Assembly: GCA_038871515.1 (NCBI GenBank)
Contig: JAVZHX010000002.1
Location: 132,641 to 196,640 of the forward strand
Length of the DNA stretch: 64,000 nucleotides
Origin: Candidatus Micrarchaeia archaeon
Lineage (GTDB): Archaea > Micrarchaeota > Micrarchaeia > Burarchaeales > Fermentimicrarchaeaceae
Reading direction: 5' to 3'
The position numbers and the translations under genes are program-made. The notes under the pieces are model-generated. The model worked only from the letters and a program-made list of their open reading frames with translations. It was not told the origin of the DNA and searched no databases. Numbering within the stretch: position 1 is the first letter of the stretch; the number at the start of each line of letters is the position of its first letter. Shown piece after piece: positions 28,519 to 36,273 of this stretch.

Positions 28519-29349
28519 TTATTCGGGAAAAGCAACAGAGCAGTACGCAACAACTTCTCCGTAATCCTTTGTCACATCTCCGGAGTTTGCATACTTCAAA
28601 ACTTTTGCTTCCTTCCCCCCATTCAGCTTTGAGTAGATTATCGTTGCCATTATCGGAGCGTAACCACATATGGATATGTTGTTCATCCTCACCTCATTCA
28701 AAAACAATCTAGCATCAAGCTTCTCAATTGCTCTTATTGCAAGCTCATCCTTTTCTTTTGCGCTCTGCGCATCCTCAAAGTGAGTGAAATCTGAACTTGC
28801 GATTACCAAAACTTCTCTCTTTGCAGCTTGCGATGCTTTTATAATTGCCCTTGCGATATCATCTGCAACTTCATAATCGCCCAAACCAATGCAGATTGGA
28901 ACTGCTTTCACTTTTTTGTATAAAAACTGCAGGAAGGGAAGTTGAACCTCTGCTGAGTGCTCTCCATCATGCGCAACCTCATCAAAATCAACTACTCTGG
29001 AGTTTTTCTGAATTAACTTTCCAAGTTCAACATCATTCTCAACAACTCCAAGAGGAGTTTCCCAATCCTCTGTGGAAAGTGCAACCCCGCTTCCCCTTCC
29101 AGTGTGATTTGGGCAGAGTATGATGAAAGTTGGTGGTTTTGAGAAGTTTTCTGCGATTTCGCTGTAAGCGTAGGAAGCAACCCAGCCAGAATATACATAG
29201 CCGGCATGAGGTGATATGACTGCAAGTAGATTTTTCTTATCACCGAATTTTGGAAGTCCTGCTCCTCTCTTGAAACACTCCTCAACCTCCTTTCTTAATC
29301 TCTCTTCTCCTGCTGGGTAGAAAGAACCTGCAACCGAAGGATAACGCAT
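28519..29349 (-). CDS. amrB: MEMO1 family protein (AmmeMemoRadiSam protein B)
   Basis: AGSFYP, PHAGYVYSG, PNHTG, EHSAEVQLPFLQ, SSDFTH and SICG motifs. Confidence 0.93.
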   Translation of the reverse strand: MRYPSVAGSFYPAGEERLRKEVEECFKRGAGLPKFGDKKNLLAVISPHAGYVYSGWVASYAYSEIAENFSKPPTFIILCPNHTGRGSGVALSTEDWETPLGVVENDVELGKLIQKNSRVVDFDEVAHDGEHSAEVQLPFLQFLYKKVKAVPICIGLGDYEVADDIARAIIKASQAAKREVLVIASSDFTHFEDAQSAKEKDELAIRAIEKLDARLFLNEVRMNNISICGYAPIMATIIYSKLNGGKEAKVLKYANSGDVTKDYGEVVAYCSVAFPE

Positions 29350-29384
29350 TTTACCACCATTAATTATACTGAGCACTTATAAAT

Positions 29385-29834
29385 TCATTCACGAGGCTTG
29401 AACTGAGTTATTCTTTCAAAATCATCTTTCAATGGTTTCTGCTTGAGCAACTTCTTCATAGCTCTGCTTTGCTCATCAAGATCAAATGCAAAATTTATAA
29501 ACCAGCCCCCTCCATCATCAGATACTTTATCAGTTATCACGATTGACTTCTTCTCCTCAAGGAACGCGGAGTAAGAAGTTTTGGGAGTTTGAATTTCCTT
29601 AACCCTTAATGTTTTTGGGTTGAAGATAAGTTCAACTTTTCCCTCGTAATGAAGGGAATTGTCCTTATCTTTAATTTCATTTGAGAATTTCTTCACAACC
29701 CTTATCTCATTCGGCGTTATGTGTATCTCGTGGATGGATGGGTTTCCTTCCCTTGCTTTGTACACTCCCGGAGCTTCCCTGAAAAGCACCCCTCCATTAA
29801 CCCTTGCTCCCTCCTCCTTCATTTTGAGATGCAT
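29385..29834 (-). CDS. Hypothetical protein
   Basis: ORF only. Confidence 0.6.
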   Translation of the reverse strand: MHLKMKEEGARVNGGVLFREAPGVYKAREGNPSIHEIHITPNEIRVVKKFSNEIKDKDNSLHYEGKVELIFNPKTLRVKEIQTPKTSYSAFLEEKKSIVITDKVSDDGGGWFINFAFDLDEQSRAMKKLLKQKPLKDDFERITQFKPRE

Positions 29835-29908
29835 AAGAGATTTATGTTGAAGGAGGTAAAAATAGTTATGGTTAAAAAGTTAAACCTCCACAATTTATTG
29901 GTGGTGAA

Positions 29909-30295
29909 ATGCAGAAAGAGATGGAACTGAACCTTGGGAGAACAGAGCCGTACGTGCTGCAGAAAATTCCAAAGGAAGTTCAAGGGAGGGTTCAGCATAT
30001 AGAGAAAGTTGGGGAGATGCTGCTTGAGGAGCCGTTGAAAACGATAAGGGTTAAGGGGTATGCGGTGCTGTTCAATTTGGAGGATGGGAGAGGGGCTGCC
30101 TCGCTTGTGATAATTGATGGGCTTGGGAGAAGGTTTCTTGGAAAGACACCCGTTCTGGAGGGATGCAACCCTGCGGAGGGGGTAAGGTTCTGCAGGGAGG
30201 AGTGGGAGAAGCTTCAGAAAAATCCAGAGAAGTTAAACACTGATTCAAGGTTTTGGGAAAGGGTGGGAAGCGGCTGGCCGGTGATAACGCGCTAG
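29909..30295 (+). CDS. Hypothetical protein
   Basis: ORF with GGTGGTGA SD. Confidence 0.6.
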   Translation: MQKEMELNLGRTEPYVLQKIPKEVQGRVQHIEKVGEMLLEEPLKTIRVKGYAVLFNLEDGRGAASLVIIDGLGRRFLGKTPVLEGCNPAEGVRFCREEWEKLQKNPEKLNTDSRFWERVGSGWPVITR

Positions 30296-30324
30296 TATTT
30301 ATTTACTCCCTCCCTTATTCTTTT

Positions 30325-30867
30325 ATGCGAGTTGTATTGACAGGAGTGCCAGGAACGGGTAAAACTGCAATTGCTTCTGCTTTATCCAAAAAAGGTTTTG
30401 AGGTTATCTCGCTTAATGAAGTTGTTGAAAAAAAGAAGCTTTGGAGAGAGGTTGATGAGTTTGGAAGCAGAATTGTGAATTTAAAGAAGCTTGAGAGAGA
30501 GACAAACAAAATTTTGAAGGGAAAAAAGAAATGTGTTGTTGAGGGGCATCTTGCATGCGAGATAAAGCTGAACTGCGATGTTGCGGTTGTGTGCAGGACA
30601 AAACCATCGTTGCTTGAAAAAAGATTGAGAGAGCGCGGTTACCCCGAAAGGAAGGTGAATGAAAACCTGATGTGCGAGCTGCTTGATTACTGCACTGTTC
30701 TAAGCTTAAAAAATTATAGGAGAGTTTATGAGATAAGAAGTGAGGGAAGGGTGGGGAAAAGTGTTAGAAAGATTATGAGGATAATTGAGGGAAAAGGCGA
30801 GAGGTTCAGAGCTGGTTGGGTGAGGTGGAGGAGGGAATTGGAGAGAGCTGCAACGAAGACAAAGTAG
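30325..30867 (+). CDS. Adenylate kinase family protein (AK6/Fap7-like)
   Basis: TGVPGTGKT, VEGHL and RLRERGYPERKVNEN motifs. Confidence 0.9.
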   Translation: MRVVLTGVPGTGKTAIASALSKKGFEVISLNEVVEKKKLWREVDEFGSRIVNLKKLERETNKILKGKKKCVVEGHLACEIKLNCDVAVVCRTKPSLLEKRLRERGYPERKVNENLMCELLDYCTVLSLKNYRRVYEIRSEGRVGKSVRKIMRIIEGKGERFRAGWVRWRRELERAATKTK

Positions 30868-30902
30868 TGGGTTTAAAAAGTAAAAAATGCATAATTTAGT
30901 GG

Positions 30903-31835
30903 GTGATGCTTATGGCCGGAGCAGTTGTAGAGGCTAGACCAAGCCTTATTGGGTCAACAATCTGCGGAGAGAAAATTGAGCCACGTGAGAGGATAAAGGA
31001 GGATGGGAGCAGGGAAACCGTAAGCCCGATTTTCATGACGGGTAAGGAACTTGTTGTGAAAACAACCTTTTTCACAGCGGTGTTCTCTCTGGATGGCAAA
31101 AGAAGTCTGGAGGGACCAGCTATAATGAAGGATAAATTTTCTGCCCAGTCAACATTTGCCCTGTTTAAAGCTGGTGATGAGTTGGGAGTGAAAATCACCT
31201 CAGAGAAGCCCAGAAAAGAGAGGTTGTTTGTTGAGGTGGATGGCAACAACGTGAATTACCGGCTTGGAGGACACCCTAACGTTATATTCACCAACAACGG
31301 TGAAAAAGGCAGACTCGGTGATCCGTACATCAAGATAATCCCTACTCTCATTCCGAAACTTGGCGGGGAGCTGGGAGATGAAATAAGGAAGGAGCATAAA
31401 AACGCAAGCGAAATGTACTTGGCAGTGGCGAAGAAGCTTCAGGAGAAAAACCCTGATAAGGGGTATGCTGAAGGTTCTGGTGCGGATGTGGGAATGAACT
31501 TTATGAAAGAAAAAATTTTTGTGAAGATGGATGCGAATGGAAGAATAAGTGAGTTTGGGAGAGTAGATCAGAAGGATAGATTTTCTTTCTATATAACGGA
31601 TAATGGTGGTGTCGGTGTTATGATAAAGCCACAGGATATCAAGAACCTCACTAGAGAGCTTGGGGATACGGAAACAGGAGTTGGGGTAGGGATGGCGTAT
31701 GGTAACATTCCGTATTATTTGCCGAAGGTGCAGTACTTCATAACTGAACTTGAAAGGTTGAGCGGGCACAGAGAGGTAGTTGAATTCATCGAAAGCGGAG
31801 GTAAACCTCCATTCCCAAAACAGACTCTCGCATAG
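30903..31835 (+). CDS. Hypothetical protein
   Basis: 310-aa ORF; no recognised motif. Confidence 0.65.
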   Translation: MMLMAGAVVEARPSLIGSTICGEKIEPRERIKEDGSRETVSPIFMTGKELVVKTTFFTAVFSLDGKRSLEGPAIMKDKFSAQSTFALFKAGDELGVKITSEKPRKERLFVEVDGNNVNYRLGGHPNVIFTNNGEKGRLGDPYIKIIPTLIPKLGGELGDEIRKEHKNASEMYLAVAKKLQEKNPDKGYAEGSGADVGMNFMKEKIFVKMDANGRISEFGRVDQKDRFSFYITDNGGVGVMIKPQDIKNLTRELGDTETGVGVGMAYGNIPYYLPKVQYFITELERLSGHREVVEFIESGGKPPFPKQTLA

Positions 31836-31959
31836 TTCAAATGAACTTTTATCGGTAAAGCACACGATAATCTAGCTTGAGCAACTTTCTTATAAATCCG
31901 AAAGGTATATAAACTTTTATCAGTTAATCAAATGCAATTAACCTCACGAGGTGATTTTC

Positions 31960-32046
31960 TTGGACGAGGAGGAAGAAGAGGAGGAAGAGGAGGAGTGGGA
32001 CGAGGAGGACCTTGAGGAGGAAGAGGAAGAGGAGGAAGAGGAGTAA
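31960..32046 (+). CDS. Polyacidic micropeptide (28 aa, MDEEEEEEEEEEWDEEDLEEEEEEEEEE)
   Basis: BRE/TATA (TATATAAA 31906-31913), SD GAGGTGA 31948-31954, TTG start, T-tract after the stop. Confidence 0.55.
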   Translation: MDEEEEEEEEEEWDEEDLEEEEEEEEEE

Positions 32047-32068
32047 CTGATTCTATTTTTTTCTTTTC

Positions 32069-33217
32069 TGCTTTGCACATAAATTCACCTTCACTGGAAA
32101 GTTACTCTCCTTCCAGACATTTATAAAGGCAAACACGGACCTTGTATTATGCTTGTCTCAAAAACGTTGAAATGCGAGGTTTTCAATCCAACAAAAAAGA
32201 AACTTTCACTGCTTACTCAGGAATACCAGAACTTCCAGATTTACGTGAGAAGTGGAAAGAACTTTGGGGTCTACTCTTTGACAAAGGCAACATTTGACTT
32301 CAAGTACGAAAAGAAAGCAAAGAAGAAAAAGCAACCAATGCCACTCCATAACCGATCAACAAAGTTCAAAATCACAAACAACAAGCTCACTCCTTACTGG
32401 TTCCGAGTTCCTGTTTATGGAAAAAGAGGTGGGATCTGGCTTCCAATAAAACTACATGAAAACATAGATTCTTCCTGGGAAGTAAGGGAAGCAAAAGTAT
32501 TCAAAAGAAAGAAGGACTTCTGGATTTACATAACAATAAGAAAGGAAGTTCATCTCAAGACTTCATACTCCTCCATCCTTGCCTTGGATGTTGGTGAAAA
32601 AGTGATAGCGACAGCCGTGCTGTCCAGCAAACGTAAGCCAATTTTCCTGGGCAGGGAGGTGAGAGGGATTAGGAGGCATCACGCCTGGTTGAGAAAAAGA
32701 TTGCAGAAAAGAAAGATATTCAAGAAACTAAAGGAGATGAGAGGGAAGGAAAGAAGAAGAGTTGAGTTGGTTCTGCATGAAGTGTCAAAATACGTTGTGG
32801 AGCTGGCAGAAAGGAATAATTCAATAATTGTTTTGGGTGAGTTGAACGGAATAAGAAAAAAGAATAAGGGAAAGAGGTTGAACAGGATAATCAACTCATT
32901 TCCATTCAAAAAACTCTCCTTCTTCATTGAATACAAAGCACATGTGAAGGGAATTGCGGTTATAAAAGTTAAAGAGGATTATACAAGCAAGACATGCAGC
33001 AGATGTGGGGAGGAAGGAAAAAGAATAAAACAGGGTTTGTTCAAATGCTCTCATTGTAAATACCAGGTGAATGCAGATTATAATGGTGCGATGAATATCC
33101 TGAAGAGGTCCAGAAGCTACATGCTTCCGGACGGGGCTGTTGCTTTCAGCCCAGAACCGCCGATGACTGAGAAGACGAGGGCGGAAGCATATAATATTTA
33201 AATTTATGTGCAAAGCA
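32069..33217. repeat. 17-bp perfect inverted repeat bracketing tnpB (32069-32085 / 33201-33217)
   Basis: TGCTTTGCACATAAATT and AATTTATGTGCAAAGCA are exact reverse complements; CTTTTCTG/CAGAAAAG extends it across a 3-nt indel. Confidence 0.85.
32149..33201 (+). mobile_element. tnpB: Solo TnpB RNA-guided endonuclease (IS200/IS605/IS607 OrfB family); no tnpA nearby
   Basis: RuvC-I LALDVGE, YTSKTCSRC...FKCSHC zinc finger, RuvC-III NADYNGAMNI. Confidence 0.9.
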
Positions 33218-33460
33218 TCAGAAAAGTTTAAATATTCCGTTAACTAATCTAGTTTCACTGAAAAGAAATCAGCATCTGTTGCAGAACAGGTGCAAGCCTG
33301 CGCTGGGCTTATCTTCAGGGCGTCATTGCTCTGGGATGAATGCAGCGTGAGTGGGTGAGGATAGTTTTTATGTTAGCGTAGCTTCTTTTACTTTTGAAGT
33401 TTTTTTTCTCTTTCTCCATCATTTTTTTCCTAGCGGTTTTTCCGCAAGTGAGGTGGTAGT

Positions 33461-33742
33461 ATGGCAGAACCACCGGAGTGCGGAGCCAGAGCGCACCTTG
33501 AGTTCCACTGCTTGGAGTGCGGGAGGAAAGTTGAGCAGTATGAAACTGCATTCTTCAACAGAAAGGTATGCAGCGACTGCTACAGAAGAAAAGAGGAGAG
33601 GAGGTGCGCGCGTTGCTTCAGGAAGCTTGAGAGCTGGCAGGTGAAACTGCTTGATGGATGGGAGTACTGCGAGCTCTGCTTCCTGATTCTCGAGCGCTCC
33701 GCGAGCAGGGGCGCTTGGGGAGAGCAGTTCGCGTTCAACTGA
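33461..33742 (+). CDS. Small multi-CxxC zinc-finger protein
   Basis: CLEC, CSDC, CARC, CELC; SD GAGGTGG. Confidence 0.7.
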   Translation: MAEPPECGARAHLEFHCLECGRKVEQYETAFFNRKVCSDCYRRKEERRCARCFRKLESWQVKLLDGWEYCELCFLILERSASRGAWGEQFAFN

Positions 33743-33836
33743 TTTTTCACGAGCTAAATTCCCCTAGCGTGAGCCCTGCAAGAAAGGAGGTGCAGAGCAG
33801 TTGCGATGACGCGCCCCTTAAAAAAGAGGTGATTGG

Positions 33837-34037
33837 ATGAGAAGGAGAAGTTTGGAGGAGGAAGAGGAGCTGTTGAGGAAGCACTGGGAGCATATGCAGG
33901 AGGAGGAAGAGGAGGTTGAGTACAGCGCAGCAGATGATGAGTACGGGGAGGACTGGGATGACGAGCTGTGGGAAGAGGAGGAAGAGCTGTGGGTTGAGGA
34001 GGAGGAAGTTGAGAGGAGGAAGCCGAAGAAGGAGTGA
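33837..34037 (+). CDS. Acidic low-complexity small protein (66 aa)
   Basis: SD GAGGTGA; E/D/W-rich core with basic ends. Confidence 0.6.
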   Translation: MRRRSLEEEEELLRKHWEHMQEEEEEVEYSAADDEYGEDWDDELWEEEEELWVEEEEVERRKPKKE

Positions 34038-34148
34038 GGAAAAGGGGCGGGGTTACCAAGGTGTGCCTGAAATCCGAAGATTTCTTATACCTTGTGCCCC
34101 GCCCATCCTTCTTTGCTTCCCATCCTTTTTAAACTTTGGGGTGGGAGG

Positions 34149-35321
34149 ATGTGGTTTGCAAACTTGTTTGGAAAAGAGGGGGTGAAAATTGGGGAGAGAA
34201 GAAGCGAGCTTTCCCTGACAAACAAATCGTACATAACAGAATACCATCCTCATGTTAGGGTGAAGCCAGTGATGAAATGGGAGTGGAGGAAAGCGAATGG
34301 CAAATACACAATTGACTTCAGCAAGGAAGCGAACCCACATGTGAATATAAGTGGGATGAGCGGGTTTGGGAAGTCAACTCTCTGCAAGAAGTTGATTGAT
34401 GAAATAAGAGGGAAGCTGAAGCTGCCTGTTGCAATCTTTGATGTCCACTCGGAATACGTTGAGCTCACAAAACAGCTTAACGGTGAAGTTCACTCAGCAA
34501 AGGAGTCAAGCATAAACATGTGGGAGCTTGATGGAATGGCTCCTGCTGAGAGAATTGCGGAGAACGTTGGAATGCTGAAGAGAATTTTGAAGTTGGGTGA
34601 CATACAGGCATACAGCTTGCTTGTATCAGCTGAGAAAGCATACGAAAGAAAGGGAATAATTCAAAGTGAAAAAAGCAGTTGGAGTAGAGAAGCGCCAACA
34701 ATGCAGGATGTTTATGAGTGCGTGCTTGAGCACAATAAAAAGCAGGGATACGCTGGGCTGAGCAAGAGGCTTTACCCTCTGCTGATGAGCAGTGTTTTTT
34801 CAGCAGAAACGTCTGTTTCATTCAAAAAAGTTTTGGATGGGTTGAATGACTTCAGCATGGCTGAGCTGAGAAGCAGCGAAGCGCAGGCAGTTTTCATAGA
34901 AACTTTTCTCAGAAAGCTCTACTCATACATGTTAAGCCAGAAGCTGGCGGATGAGACGAGATTATTTGTTGTGATTGATGAGGCGCACAGGGTTTGCATA
35001 GCAGACGGAAGCGAGCTCTCCCTTCCAGGAAGGATTGTTTCAGAAGGAAGAAAGTATGGGGTGGGAGTGATAACAAGCAACCAGATGGTTAAAAGTATAG
35101 ACAGGGCGATTGTTGCAAACTCCGCTGTCACGTTTGCGTTCTACCAGAGGGAGCCAGAGGAGTTTGACTACGTGGCGAAACTGCTTGCAGGTGGAGAGGA
35201 GTATGAAAGAGAGGAAGCAGTGAGAAGTATGCTCAGAAACCTCAAGCAGTTCCAGTGCATTGCTTTAACTTCAAGAGAGAGAGAACCAACGGTTGTTGAA
35301 ATTCCCTCCTGGAAAAATTAG
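34149..35321 (+). CDS. HerA/VirB4/VirD4-like ATPase (DUF87)
   Basis: NPHVNISGMSGFGKS (Walker A), FVVIDEAH (Walker B), EGRKYG. Confidence 0.85.
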   Translation: MWFANLFGKEGVKIGERRSELSLTNKSYITEYHPHVRVKPVMKWEWRKANGKYTIDFSKEANPHVNISGMSGFGKSTLCKKLIDEIRGKLKLPVAIFDVHSEYVELTKQLNGEVHSAKESSINMWELDGMAPAERIAENVGMLKRILKLGDIQAYSLLVSAEKAYERKGIIQSEKSSWSREAPTMQDVYECVLEHNKKQGYAGLSKRLYPLLMSSVFSAETSVSFKKVLDGLNDFSMAELRSSEAQAVFIETFLRKLYSYMLSQKLADETRLFVVIDEAHRVCIADGSELSLPGRIVSEGRKYGVGVITSNQMVKSIDRAIVANSAVTFAFYQREPEEFDYVAKLLAGGEEYEREEAVRSMLRNLKQFQCIALTSREREPTVVEIPSWKN

Positions 35322-35812
35322 GCGAGCTTCCTCGCAGAAAGCTCTTTTTTTATTTTTTCAATTTCCTCCTGAATTTCTGAGTGGTGATTTGAAATTATAT
35401 TCTCAGCAAAATTCAAACCTTCCATTATCTCAGCATGCATCACTCTTTCTTCTTCCCTTCTGCTTCCCATCATCCTTGAGTGGGTTCTCATACCTTCTAT
35501 GTAGAGATATGCTTTTGTGTCAACAATTGCTTTCACCTCATTTTCCTTCTGCTCAGGAGGAAGCTGCTTTCTTAACTCCCTTATCTCTTTGGATGTTTTC
35601 TCAAGTTTATCATAAAGCTCAAGCACCCTGTCCATATCTTTTTTCAAAAGTTGAACTTCAAAAGGAGAGATTCTTCCCTCATTGAGTTTATTCTCATACT
35701 TCAGAACTTTCTTTTCAAGTGGAACAAGCTCCTTGCATACGTCAACTATTGATTTGTAGTGCTGAATGAATTTTTGATACGATTCCTCTTTTTCAAGTGT
35801 TTGAACGCTCAT
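35318..35812 (-). CDS. Hypothetical coiled-coil protein
   Basis: Helical E/K-rich ORF. Confidence 0.65.
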   Translation of the reverse strand: MSVQTLEKEESYQKFIQHYKSIVDVCKELVPLEKKVLKYENKLNEGRISPFEVQLLKKDMDRVLELYDKLEKTSKEIRELRKQLPPEQKENEVKAIVDTKAYLYIEGMRTHSRMMGSRREEERVMHAEIMEGLNFAENIISNHHSEIQEEIEKIKKELSARKLA

Positions 35813-35869
35813 GGAGGCACCATAGTGTATATAATCAGATAATATGAATAAACAAACATAAATACCTTT

Positions 35870-36268
35870 CTAAGAGGATGCGCCTGTGAGTTCAAGCAGT
35901 TCGCTCTCCCTTGCTGCTCTCAGAACTAAAAGCTCATCTGCTTTATCATTCAAGCCAAGCTGTTTAAAATCTGGTATAAGAATGTCAAGTATCTCAATTC
36001 CATTCCTTAATTCATCCGCAAGCATATTCTGGAGTTTTTTTCTTTCCTCCTCAAGTTTCTTTCTTTCCTCTCCGTCTTTTGTTTCCTCAAGCAGCAAGGA
36101 GTTCAGCTGAAGTTGGAATTTTAGTTTATTCAGTCTCAGCTCAGATATCTCAAATGCTTCGGCAGGTGAAGAAGGTGTTTTGAAAAAGAGAAGCATATCC
36201 GTATTTCTTATCAGCTTTCTCAGCTTTCTTTTCATAAGTTTGCGAATTGCTTCCTTTTGCATAGCCAC
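35870..36268 (-). CDS. Hypothetical helical protein
   Basis: Starts 5 nt after the stop of the 1787-aa gene. Confidence 0.65.
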   Translation of the reverse strand: MAMQKEAIRKLMKRKLRKLIRNTDMLLFFKTPSSPAEAFEISELRLNKLKFQLQLNSLLLEETKDGEERKKLEEERKKLQNMLADELRNGIEILDILIPDFKQLGLNDKADELLVLRAARESELLELTGASS

Positions 36269-36273
36269 TACCT

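Noticed and set aside
32149..33460. Cas12f/Cas14 CRISPR system
   Set aside because: No repeat-spacer array or cas1/2/4 seen near the gene or elsewhere in the window.
34045..34104. SECIS element, SRP RNA or tRNA fragment
   Set aside because: Lacks the SRP helix-8 motif and a cloverleaf, and no in-frame UGA selenoprotein candidate is adjacent.
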